Shown one piece after another: positions 1 to 6,430 of a DNA stretch of 64,000 nt. Each line of letters starts with the position of its first letter. Position 1 is the first letter of the stretch. Source of the stretch: Hyphomicrobiales bacterium (GTDB lineage: Bacteria; Pseudomonadota; Alphaproteobacteria; Rhizobiales; Xanthobacteraceae); assembly GCA_003135415.1 (NCBI GenBank), contig PLBP01000013.1, positions 30,601 to 94,600 of the forward strand. The letters run 5' to 3'. The notes below the pieces were generated by a model. The model was not told where the DNA came from. It ran no database searches and saw nothing but the letters and a program-made list of their open reading frames with translations. The translations under genes were made by a program, and so were the position numbers.

Positions 1-174
1 GTTCGCGTCGGTGATCTTCCAATGACGCGACTTGAGCTGCACCGTGACCGTGCCGAGGTTCACGATCTCGATGGTGTAGGCCCAGAAAAAGCGCCCATCC
101 TCCGCCGACGAGCGGTCGGCGAGATATTGCGGGGTAGCGGTGACCCGAATGTCACGGGTGACGACGCGGTACAT
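1..174 (-). CDS. apaG: ApaG-like protein, N-terminal 58 codons only (gene runs off the left edge)
   Basis: Reverse-strand ATG at 174-172. Hand translation MYRVVTRDIRVTATPQYLADRSSAEDGRFFWAYTIEIVNLGTVTVQLKSRHWKITDAN fits the conserved ApaG N-terminus (..SRHW.ITDA..). Absent from the ORF track because it is truncated. Confidence 0.7.
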   Translation of the reverse strand, partial: MYRVVTRDIRVTATPQYLADRSSAEDGRFFWAYTIEIVNLGTVTVQLKSRHWKITDAN

Positions 175-222
175 GCTTGCCAGTCAATCCGGTTCACGCC
201 CCGCGCGCAACCACCGGCCCGC

Positions 223-1428
223 TCAAATCGCCTTCAGCCCACGCGCGAGATCCTCGGCGAGATCGTCGGGATGCTCTAAGCCGACCGACAGCCGCAACAA
301 CCCGTCGCCGATGCCCATCCCCGCCCGCGCCTCCGGCGTGAAGCGCTGATGCGTGGTGGTCGCGGGATGCGTGACGAGGCTCTTCGCGTCGCCGAGATTG
401 TTGGAGATACGGATCAAGCGGAGCGCATTGGCAAAGCGGAACGCGGCCGTCTTGCCGCCCGGCACTTCGAACGAGACGAGCGTGCCGCCGCCTTTCATCT
501 GCGCCTTCGCGAGCTTCACTTGCGGGTGATCGTCGCGGAAGGGGTAGAGCACCTTGGCGATCTTTTTCTCGCCAGCGAGGAAGTCGGCGAGCTTCACCGC
601 ACTCGCCTGCATCCGCTCGACGCGGAGCGAAAGCGTCTCGATGCCCTTGAGCAGGACCCAGGCGTTGAACGGCGAAAGCGCGGGCCCGGTCTGACGGAGA
701 AACGTGTGCAAATGCTCGGCGACAAATTTCTCCGACGCCAAGATCACCCCGCCGAGACAGCGGCCGCCGCCGTCGATGTGCTTGGTGGCGGAATAGACCA
801 CGATATCGGCGCCGAGTTCGAACGGGCTCTGCAACAAGGGTGTTGCCAACACGTTGTCGACCACAAGCCGCGCGCCGGCGAGGCGAGCGAGCTTTGCCAC
901 CGCCGCGATGTCGATGATTTCGAGCGTGGGATTGGTCGGGCTTTCGAGAAAGAAGACCTTCGTCTCCGGCCGCACCGCCGCCTTCCATGCGGCGAGGTCA
1001 GTGCCCTCGACGAGGGTCGATTGGATGCCGAAGCGCGGCAACAGCTCCTCGATCACGTAGCGGCAGGAGCCGAACAGCGCCCGCGCCGCCACCACATGAT
1101 CGCCGGCCTTGAGCAGGCACAAAAGCGAAGCGGTGACCGCCGCCATGCCGGTGGCGGTCGCTCGCGCTGCTTCCGCGCCTTCGACCGCGCACATGCGAGC
1201 TTCGAACATCGCGACGGTGGGGTTGGAGAAGCGCGAATAGATGTAGCCGGGCTCCTCGCCCGCGAAACGCGCCTCGCAGCTCTCCGCCGTGTCATAGACG
1301 AAGCTCTGGGTGAGAAAGAGCGCCTCGGCGTTTTCGCCGAACGGCGTGCGGGAAATGCCCGCGTGAACGAGCCGCGTTTCGGGACGCAGCCCCTTGGAAT
1401 CGAGAATCGGACGGGGAGCGGAATTCAT
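223..1428 (-). CDS. metZ: O-succinylhomoserine sulfhydrylase (PLP-dependent Cys/Met metabolism family)
   Basis: 401-aa ORF. N-terminus ..TRLVHAGISRTPFGENAEALFLTQSFVY.. and ..SATKHIDG.. (PLP lysine motif) are typical of MetZ/MetB-family enzymes. GGAGG RBS upstream of the ATG. Confidence 0.85.
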   Translation of the reverse strand: MNSAPRPILDSKGLRPETRLVHAGISRTPFGENAEALFLTQSFVYDTAESCEARFAGEEPGYIYSRFSNPTVAMFEARMCAVEGAEAARATATGMAAVTASLLCLLKAGDHVVAARALFGSCRYVIEELLPRFGIQSTLVEGTDLAAWKAAVRPETKVFFLESPTNPTLEIIDIAAVAKLARLAGARLVVDNVLATPLLQSPFELGADIVVYSATKHIDGGGRCLGGVILASEKFVAEHLHTFLRQTGPALSPFNAWVLLKGIETLSLRVERMQASAVKLADFLAGEKKIAKVLYPFRDDHPQVKLAKAQMKGGGTLVSFEVPGGKTAAFRFANALRLIRISNNLGDAKSLVTHPATTTHQRFTPEARAGMGIGDGLLRLSVGLEHPDDLAEDLARGLKAI

Positions 1429-1441
1429 GGCGTGCCTCCAG

Positions 1442-1475
1442 AAAACAAAAAAACCCGGTACCGGGGGATACCCGG
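1442..1475 (-). terminator. Leader attenuator/terminator hairpin in the metZ 5' UTR
   Basis: Minus strand reads ..CCGGGUAUCCCCCGGUACCGGGUUUUUUUGUUUUC. It has alternative GC hairpins (CCGGG/CCCGG and CCCGG/CCGGG) followed by a U7 run, about 15 nt before the GGAGG RBS and ATG of metZ. Confidence 0.5.
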
Positions 1476-1494
1476 CCGAGTTTCGGCACGTCTC

Positions 1495-1556
1495 CCCGGC
1501 CTTTTAGCGAATTATTTTACGTGGCTGCAAGCCGGCCGGCTCAAATGACCACGAAC
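1495..1556 (-). promoter_or_regulatory. Candidate SAM-II (SAM-alpha, metA-type) riboswitch aptamer upstream of metZ
   Basis: Minus strand 5'-CGUGGUCAUUUGAGCCGGCCGGCUUGCAGCCACGUAAAAUAAUUCGCUAAAAGGCC-3'. A GUGG...CCAC stem encloses ..AUUUG..GCUUGCAGCC.., followed by CGCUAAAAG. This matches my memory of the alphaproteobacterial SAM-II consensus, which typically precedes metA/metX/metZ. Not verified with a covariance model. Confidence 0.5.
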
Positions 1557-1632
1557 GACAAGGGGATTAGCGCGCGAGATAGCTTGGCGTCAAGACGGCG
1601 CGCGGTTAAGCCTTTTCCGGGGGCAGGAGCGA

Positions 1633-2763
1633 ATGATGGCGATGGCGGCACGGAGCGAAATGCCGGCGGCGGAAGGCATTCTGCCGGGCCACGCGATCAC
1701 GGCGCTGCATGAGCGGGGCGTAATCCAGGGCCCTGCCTTCGAGCCGGGCCAGGTACAGCCCGCGAGCCTCGATTTGCGTCTCGGCCGCCACGCCTGGCGC
1801 GTGCGCGCGAGCTTTTTGCCGTCGACGCAGACGAGCATCGAGGAACGGCTCGCGAATTTGTCGCTGCACCGCTTTGAGCTCGACGCCGAAGGCGAGGTAC
1901 TGGAGCAGGGCTGCGTCTATCTCGTCGAGCTTGAAGAGCACTTCAAATTGCCCGGCGATCTCGTGGCCTCGACCAACCCGAAAAGTTCCACCGGACGGCT
2001 CGACGTCTTCACGCGTGTGATCGGCGACCGCGTCGCTGCCTTCGACGCGGTGCCGGCGGGCTATGAAGGCCCGCTTTATCTCGAAGTCAGCCCGCGCACT
2101 TTTCCGATCCTGGTGCGGCGCGGCTCGAAGCTCGCGCAAATTCGTTTCCGCCGCGGCGATGCCAAGCTCGACGGCAAAGCGCTCGCGGATTTGCAGGCGC
2201 GCGAGCGGCTGGTGGACGCGGTCGATGCGAACTTGGCATCCGGCGCGGTCGCGGTGTCGGTCGATCTTTCGGGCAAAGGCTCCGCCGGCTTTGCCGGCTT
2301 TCGCGCCAAGAAACACACGGGGCTGATCGACGTCGACAAGCGCGGAGCTTACGACGTCGCCGATTTTTGGGAACCGCTGCCCGCGCGCGGCGCGCGTGGT
2401 CTCGTGCTCGATCCTGACGCCTTCTACATTCTCGCCTCGAAGGAAGCAGTGCATGTGCCGCCCGATTACGCCGCCGAGATGGTGCCGTTCGATCCCTTGG
2501 TCGGAGAATTCCGCGTGCATTACGCCGGCTTCTTCGATCCCGGCTTTGGCCACGCCGCCGCCGGCGGCAGCGGCGCGCGCGCGGTGTTGGAGGTGCGCTC
2601 GCGCGAAGTGCCGTTCATTCTCGAGCACGGCCAGATCGTCGGCCGGCTCGTCTATGAGCGCATGACCGAGCGGCCGAAGACGCTTTACGGAGATATGCCC
2701 GGTTCGAACTATCAGGCGCAGGGTCTGAAGCTCTCCAAGCACTTCAAGCCGTTTCAACCTTAA
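1633..2763 (+). CDS. dcd: 2'-deoxycytidine 5'-triphosphate deaminase (long alphaproteobacterial form)
   Basis: 376-aa ORF with Dcd/dUTPase-fold-like segments (..GVIQG..ASLDLRLG.., ..YILASKEAVHVPPDYAAEMVPFD..GEFRVHYAGFFDPGFG..). The start could be a downstream Met. Confidence 0.75.
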   Translation: MMAMAARSEMPAAEGILPGHAITALHERGVIQGPAFEPGQVQPASLDLRLGRHAWRVRASFLPSTQTSIEERLANLSLHRFELDAEGEVLEQGCVYLVELEEHFKLPGDLVASTNPKSSTGRLDVFTRVIGDRVAAFDAVPAGYEGPLYLEVSPRTFPILVRRGSKLAQIRFRRGDAKLDGKALADLQARERLVDAVDANLASGAVAVSVDLSGKGSAGFAGFRAKKHTGLIDVDKRGAYDVADFWEPLPARGARGLVLDPDAFYILASKEAVHVPPDYAAEMVPFDPLVGEFRVHYAGFFDPGFGHAAAGGSGARAVLEVRSREVPFILEHGQIVGRLVYERMTERPKTLYGDMPGSNYQAQGLKLSKHFKPFQP

Positions 2764-2765
2764 AC

Positions 2766-4025
2766 TTATTGCGCGGGTTTTGCCTTCGCGACGCAGGCGT
2801 TGAGCCGTTGCGTCAGTTTCTCGCCACCGCCGTTCCAGCCAGCGAGTTCCTCGCGCCCGATCCTCTCGATATTTTCGCGCGAATAGTTGCCGCCCAATCG
2901 CTTCTTGGTGCCGCCGAGCACCAGAATGGCGAGCGTCGCGTTTTCCTTTTTTAGAAAGTCGCCGTCGATGTCGAGCGCGTTGACGTCCAGCACGTTCATC
3001 ACCGGATCGCCGGCCTTGCCGCGGAGCGCCTGGTGGAAGGCGATCGAACCCTCGCCGAACTGCTCGATCGGCCCCGCGTCGCCTGCGATGCCGAAGGCGA
3101 TGTGTTCCTCGCCGGGGGTCTTGAAATGGCCGATCACGATGTCGCCGATTTCGATATGGCCGAAATCCCCGCCCGGAAGCACGAAAAACGGAACCTCCGA
3201 GGCGTCGATAAAGCTTGACGGCTCGCAGCCGTCCGCCCGCACCGCACCCGGCCGCGTCAGCGCGGTGGCGGCGACGAAATAGCCGGGGTGGCGCGACTCG
3301 GCGCCGCGCACGCACGGATAGCCATCGCTTGTGCTCGGAATAATCGCGCGCTTGGTGAGCACAGTGAGTTTGCGCTCTTTCCAATAGAACATGTTGTAGC
3401 CGCCGGGGGCGTTCGCAGCGACCGATTTCAAATCATAGGATTTGAGCTCGTGGTCGCGGATCAGCGGCCAGACGTCTTTCCAGGCATCGGCGAGGTCAGG
3501 GATGCCTTCTTTCGGCGGCTTGTTCGGATCGACAAGCCGCGCGCGCTTGTCTTCGAGAAAAACGCGAATGCCGCTCGGGTTAAAACTGTCGAGCGCGCAC
3601 ACGCCGCGTAACTTGACCTTGCCGCCGGCATCCATGCGACGCTCGCACACACCTTGGCCGTAAGGATCCTCGGGGTGGTAGGCGCGCTCGCTGCCGTCTG
3701 CATCGACCGCGAGCCGTGTGATCACCGCCAGGAGCTGCCTTGGTGCCGCGAGGGCACCGTCCGGCTGGCGGTTGAGCAATACGGAATATTTATTCGGGGA
3801 GCCCGCGTCTTCGCGCTCCAGCACCATTTCGAAATTCTGCATCCGGCAGGTGTCGTCGGTGCTGGCGCCCGGCTGAGGTCGAAACGAAATCTTCGCCGGC
3901 GGGAGCGGCGGCGGGAGCTGGGTGATGATCTTGTCCAGGAGTTCGCGCGGCGGAATATCCTGCGCGCTGGCCTGCGCCGGCAGGAAACAGAGTGCCGTCA
4001 GAAAAAGCGCGTGCTGCATGCGCAT
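2766..4025 (-). CDS. Secreted protein of unknown function (possible GH75-like fold in the C-terminal half)
   Basis: 419-aa ORF with a clear signal peptide MRMQHALFLTALCFLPAQASAQD. The segment ..VPFFVLPGGDFGHIEIGDIVIG..FGIAGDAGPIEQFGEGSIAF.. weakly recalls chitosanase-like GH75 motifs. The family call is uncertain. Confidence 0.65.
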   Translation of the reverse strand: MRMQHALFLTALCFLPAQASAQDIPPRELLDKIITQLPPPLPPAKISFRPQPGASTDDTCRMQNFEMVLEREDAGSPNKYSVLLNRQPDGALAAPRQLLAVITRLAVDADGSERAYHPEDPYGQGVCERRMDAGGKVKLRGVCALDSFNPSGIRVFLEDKRARLVDPNKPPKEGIPDLADAWKDVWPLIRDHELKSYDLKSVAANAPGGYNMFYWKERKLTVLTKRAIIPSTSDGYPCVRGAESRHPGYFVAATALTRPGAVRADGCEPSSFIDASEVPFFVLPGGDFGHIEIGDIVIGHFKTPGEEHIAFGIAGDAGPIEQFGEGSIAFHQALRGKAGDPVMNVLDVNALDIDGDFLKKENATLAILVLGGTKKRLGGNYSRENIERIGREELAGWNGGGEKLTQRLNACVAKAKPAQ

Positions 4026-4110
4026 GCTAATTTTCCTAACCGCGGGCGATCTTAATTTCTATCCATCCATGATATAAAAGCGAAACTAGGCGCCTCTGAG
4101 GAGACGCCTC

Positions 4111-4147
4111 GCGGGCGTAGTTCAATGGTAGAACGGCAGCTTCCCAA
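4111..4147 (+). repeat. attL: displaced 5' half of tRNA-Gly(CCC) (acceptor 5' strand through the anticodon loop)
   Basis: gcgggcgtagttcaatggTagaacggcagcttcccaa is identical, apart from one D-loop base, to nt 1-37 of the intact tRNA at 32317. Similarity stops exactly after the anticodon loop and no 3' half follows. Confidence 0.85.
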
Positions 4148-4261
4148 TCGGAAAATAAAAAATTGCAGCGCGACTCATAGCTGCTCATGCTGACCGCCAA
4201 GCGCCCGTGACTGCATAGCTTTTCTGAATTTTCGGCTCCAAAACATACACACGGCAACCCA

Positions 4262-4281
4262 CCTCTACGCGCCTCTACGCG
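4262..4281 (+). repeat. Tandem 10-bp direct repeat (cctctacgcg x2) in the attL arm
   Basis: acCTCTACGCGCCTCTACGCGcg read directly. It lies between the att core and the integrase start, so it may be a recombination-directionality or integrase arm site. Confidence 0.5.
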
Positions 4282-4290
4282 CGTAGTTTG

Positions 4291-4313
4291 GGAGCCAAAT
4301 CGGAGCCAAAAAT
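4291..4313 (+). repeat. 23-bp direct repeat, copy 1 (ggagccaaatcggagccaaaaat); candidate integrase arm-type sites
   Basis: Exact 23-nt match to 32278-32300. It is internally a doublet of GGAGCCAAA. A third, inverted copy (ggagccgaaaa) lies at 4229-4239. It overlaps the integrase ATG (4312). Confidence 0.6.
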
Positions 4314-5469
4314 GCCAGTCGTGCATCTTACGGACGTTGTCGTGTCGCGACTCAAAGAGCCCGGCACATACTTTGACGAAACGACCCCCGCGTTCGGAAT
4401 TCGCGTGGGAAAAAATCGCAAGACATGGATCGTGATCAGAGGTCGCGAGCGCGTGCGCACGCGCATCGGCCGCTATCCGGCTGTTTCCCTCGCCAAAGCC
4501 CGCAAGCAGGCGCTCGTGCTTCTTGGTTCACCTGTCGAACCAAAGATCGAAGTTCCAAAATTCGACGATGCCGTGCAGCAGTTCTACGCCATCCACGTTT
4601 CAACGATGAAGTCGAAAACGCAGTATCAAATCAAACGTGTGATCAATCGCTACTTTGACAAGCCGCTACAGCACAAGCGCCTGGACGAAATTACCCATCA
4701 CGACATCACGAAGGTTACGGACGAGCTGGCAAAGCGCGTACCGGGCGAGGCCTTTCACGTCTTCAAGTACATTCGGATATTTCTGCGGTGGTGTGTCCCG
4801 CGATACATCAAGCACTCGCCGATGGAGGGTTTGAAGTCGCCTACTAAGTACATTCCCCGCAAGCGTGTCCTGGCGAAGGCCGAGATTGTCGCGGTATGGA
4901 AGGCGGCCGAGGAGGTTGGATACCCATTCGGTACTGCCATTCAACTTTCGCTTCTATGGGGAACGCGGTGGGGTGAAATGATCTCTTGTCGCCGCGCCTT
5001 CATCGATACAGAGGAGCGAACCATAACGCTGCCGGAAACCAAAAACGGCACGCAGCACTGCTTCCCCTATGGAAACCTTACGGCCAATCTTCTTGAAATT
5101 ATTCCGCGCTTCAACAGCACCGACCTGCTGTTTCCCGGCCGGGATATGGCGAGCCCGTGGAACGGCTCTGGGAAGGCAAAATGGGAGTTGAAGGAAATTT
5201 GCCAGGTTGCTCCCTGGCAGCTCTTGGACTTGCGGCGAACCTTCGCCACTAAGCTTGCGGAGCTGAAGGTGCCTCCTCACATTGTCGAGCGGTTGCTAAA
5301 CCACAAGCTCGGGACCTTGCAATCGGCTGGTGTGATTACGGCTGTCGCTGACGTATACAACCGCGCGCTCTACATGGATGAAATGCGCGAAGCCATCGAA
5401 AAATGGGAAAATTATCTCTCGGCGCTACTTAAAATGTCGCAGGGCGACAAGCTTCCTAATGCCGCCTGA
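4312..5469 (+). CDS. int: Tyrosine site-specific integrase
   Basis: The track ORF is 4288-5469; I prefer the ATG at 4312 (MPVVHLTDVV..). The catalytic signature is visible: ..WGTRWGEM.. (Arg), ..LDLRRTFATKL.. (Arg), ..LLNHKLG.. (His), ..VYNRALY.. (Tyr). It lies next to the att repeat. Confidence 0.9.
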   Translation: MPVVHLTDVVVSRLKEPGTYFDETTPAFGIRVGKNRKTWIVIRGRERVRTRIGRYPAVSLAKARKQALVLLGSPVEPKIEVPKFDDAVQQFYAIHVSTMKSKTQYQIKRVINRYFDKPLQHKRLDEITHHDITKVTDELAKRVPGEAFHVFKYIRIFLRWCVPRYIKHSPMEGLKSPTKYIPRKRVLAKAEIVAVWKAAEEVGYPFGTAIQLSLLWGTRWGEMISCRRAFIDTEERTITLPETKNGTQHCFPYGNLTANLLEIIPRFNSTDLLFPGRDMASPWNGSGKAKWELKEICQVAPWQLLDLRRTFATKLAELKVPPHIVERLLNHKLGTLQSAGVITAVADVYNRALYMDEMREAIEKWENYLSALLKMSQGDKLPNAA

Positions 5470-5588
5470 GAGCATCTATGTGCTGCTATGTGTCCGTTGT
5501 TGGGGTCGGTATTTGAGGCTATGCTCATCGGTGCCTGCTAGCTGGTTTTCGGTGGGCATCGCGATGCTCCCTTTTTAGGGAGTGTCCG

Positions 5589-5798
5589 ATGACACAAAGA
5601 CTAGTTACGAAGAAGGAACTGAGATCGTTATTCGGTGTTCCATACAGCTTTGCGCACATCGCGCGTCTTGAAGCCGCCGGCCAATTCCCCAAGCGGGTAC
5701 GGCTCGGAGCCTGCAGGGTGGCGTGGTTAGCGGAAGAGGTGCAGACCTGGATAGACGAACGCGTCGCTACCCGCGACATGGCATCATCTCCTTCTTGA
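5589..5798 (+). CDS. AlpA-family DNA-binding protein / excisionase
   Basis: 69-aa ORF: ..KKELRSLFGVPYSFAHIARLEAAGQFPKRVRLGACRVAWLAEEVQTWI.. is the typical AlpA/Xis winged-helix pattern. Canonical position after int. Confidence 0.8.
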   Translation: MTQRLVTKKELRSLFGVPYSFAHIARLEAAGQFPKRVRLGACRVAWLAEEVQTWIDERVATRDMASSPS

Positions 5799-5804
5799 AG
5801 GGTA

Positions 5805-5840
5805 AGAGCCCCGGTGTCCAAACCGGGGCTCTTTTATTTT
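5805..5840 (+). terminator. Rho-independent terminator after alpA
   Basis: AGAGCCCCGG-tgtccaaa-CCGGGGCUCU is a 10-bp perfect stem, followed by UUUAUUUU. Confidence 0.8.
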
Positions 5841-5968
5841 CGGACAGGATTTCTCTTTTGAAAGGGCGTTTCTGTTCCGATCCTCCGATTAAGTCAGGGT
5901 GGTACAGCATTGACCACACAACTCGCGGCGCTCAAACTGTTGCAGGCAATCTCGGGGGGGACCTACCA

Positions 5969-6430
5969 ATGCAACTGAAACTAAAGCGCTCGCAGCGCAT
6001 GGGCGGAATGATGGGAGGAAAGGTATTATTTGCGCTCGATGCGCGGGCCGACCTTTCTAAAGACGAGCAAACGCTGGTGAGCAAGTACGGCCTCGGAAAA
6101 ATCGTGGTGTACGACAGTGAGGCGCGCAAGAAACACGGCGAGGCCGCGTACGGCAATTTCGGCGATGCTGCAAGCACGCAAGGGCTTGGCATGTCTTCTG
6201 CTGGTAAGAGCTTGTGGAAGAACGCGCGCGGTATTGCGAGCGCCGCATTGATGGCGCTGTCCCTCCGTGTCACGGTCGACAGTCTAATGAGTGGCCAACA
6301 CATTGAGTGCAAAGACCTCGATGAGTTACTCGGTGCCGAGGCCGCGATCCTCGACGCCTGCAAGCACCTCAAAGCATATCTCGAAACATCACTGACCTTC
6401 GACGGCCGGGAGGAGGTCGTTGAGTTCTAA
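5969..6430 (+). CDS. Hypothetical protein (153 aa)
   Basis: Internal ATG of track ORF 5723-6430 (MQLKLKRSQRMGG..), preceded by a G-rich RBS. The upstream extension would run through the alpA terminator. The 3' end overlaps the next gene by 11 nt. Confidence 0.5.
   Translation: MQLKLKRSQRMGGMMGGKVLFALDARADLSKDEQTLVSKYGLGKIVVYDSEARKKHGEAAYGNFGDAASTQGLGMSSAGKSLWKNARGIASAALMALSLRVTVDSLMSGQHIECKDLDELLGAEAAILDACKHLKAYLETSLTFDGREEVVEF

Noticed and set aside
194-3384. Long ORFs antisense to or out of frame with metZ and dcd (e.g. 194-988, 349-1548, 1606-3384)
   Set aside because: The products are Arg/Ala/Gly/Pro-rich low-complexity sequences, typical of shadow ORFs in high-GC DNA. They overlap genes with clear family motifs on the other strand or frame.
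4036-4326. 96-aa minus-strand ORF across the truncated tRNA-Gly (and its twin at 32029-32391 across the intact tRNA)
   Set aside because: The shared peptide segment (..WEAAVLPLNYAR..) is just the reverse translation of the tRNA sequence, so it is not a gene.
5556-5582. 12-bp perfect palindrome GCATCGCGATGC plus CTCCC-ttttta-GGGAG hairpin just upstream of alpA
   Set aside because: It might be an operator or the int terminator. However, it lacks a U-tract and I have no way to distinguish these roles, so it is too small to support as a feature.
5723-5968. N-terminal extension of the 5723-6430 ORF
   Set aside because: It would overlap alpA and read through a strong intrinsic terminator (5805-5840). 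The internal ATG at 5969 has a G-rich RBS.
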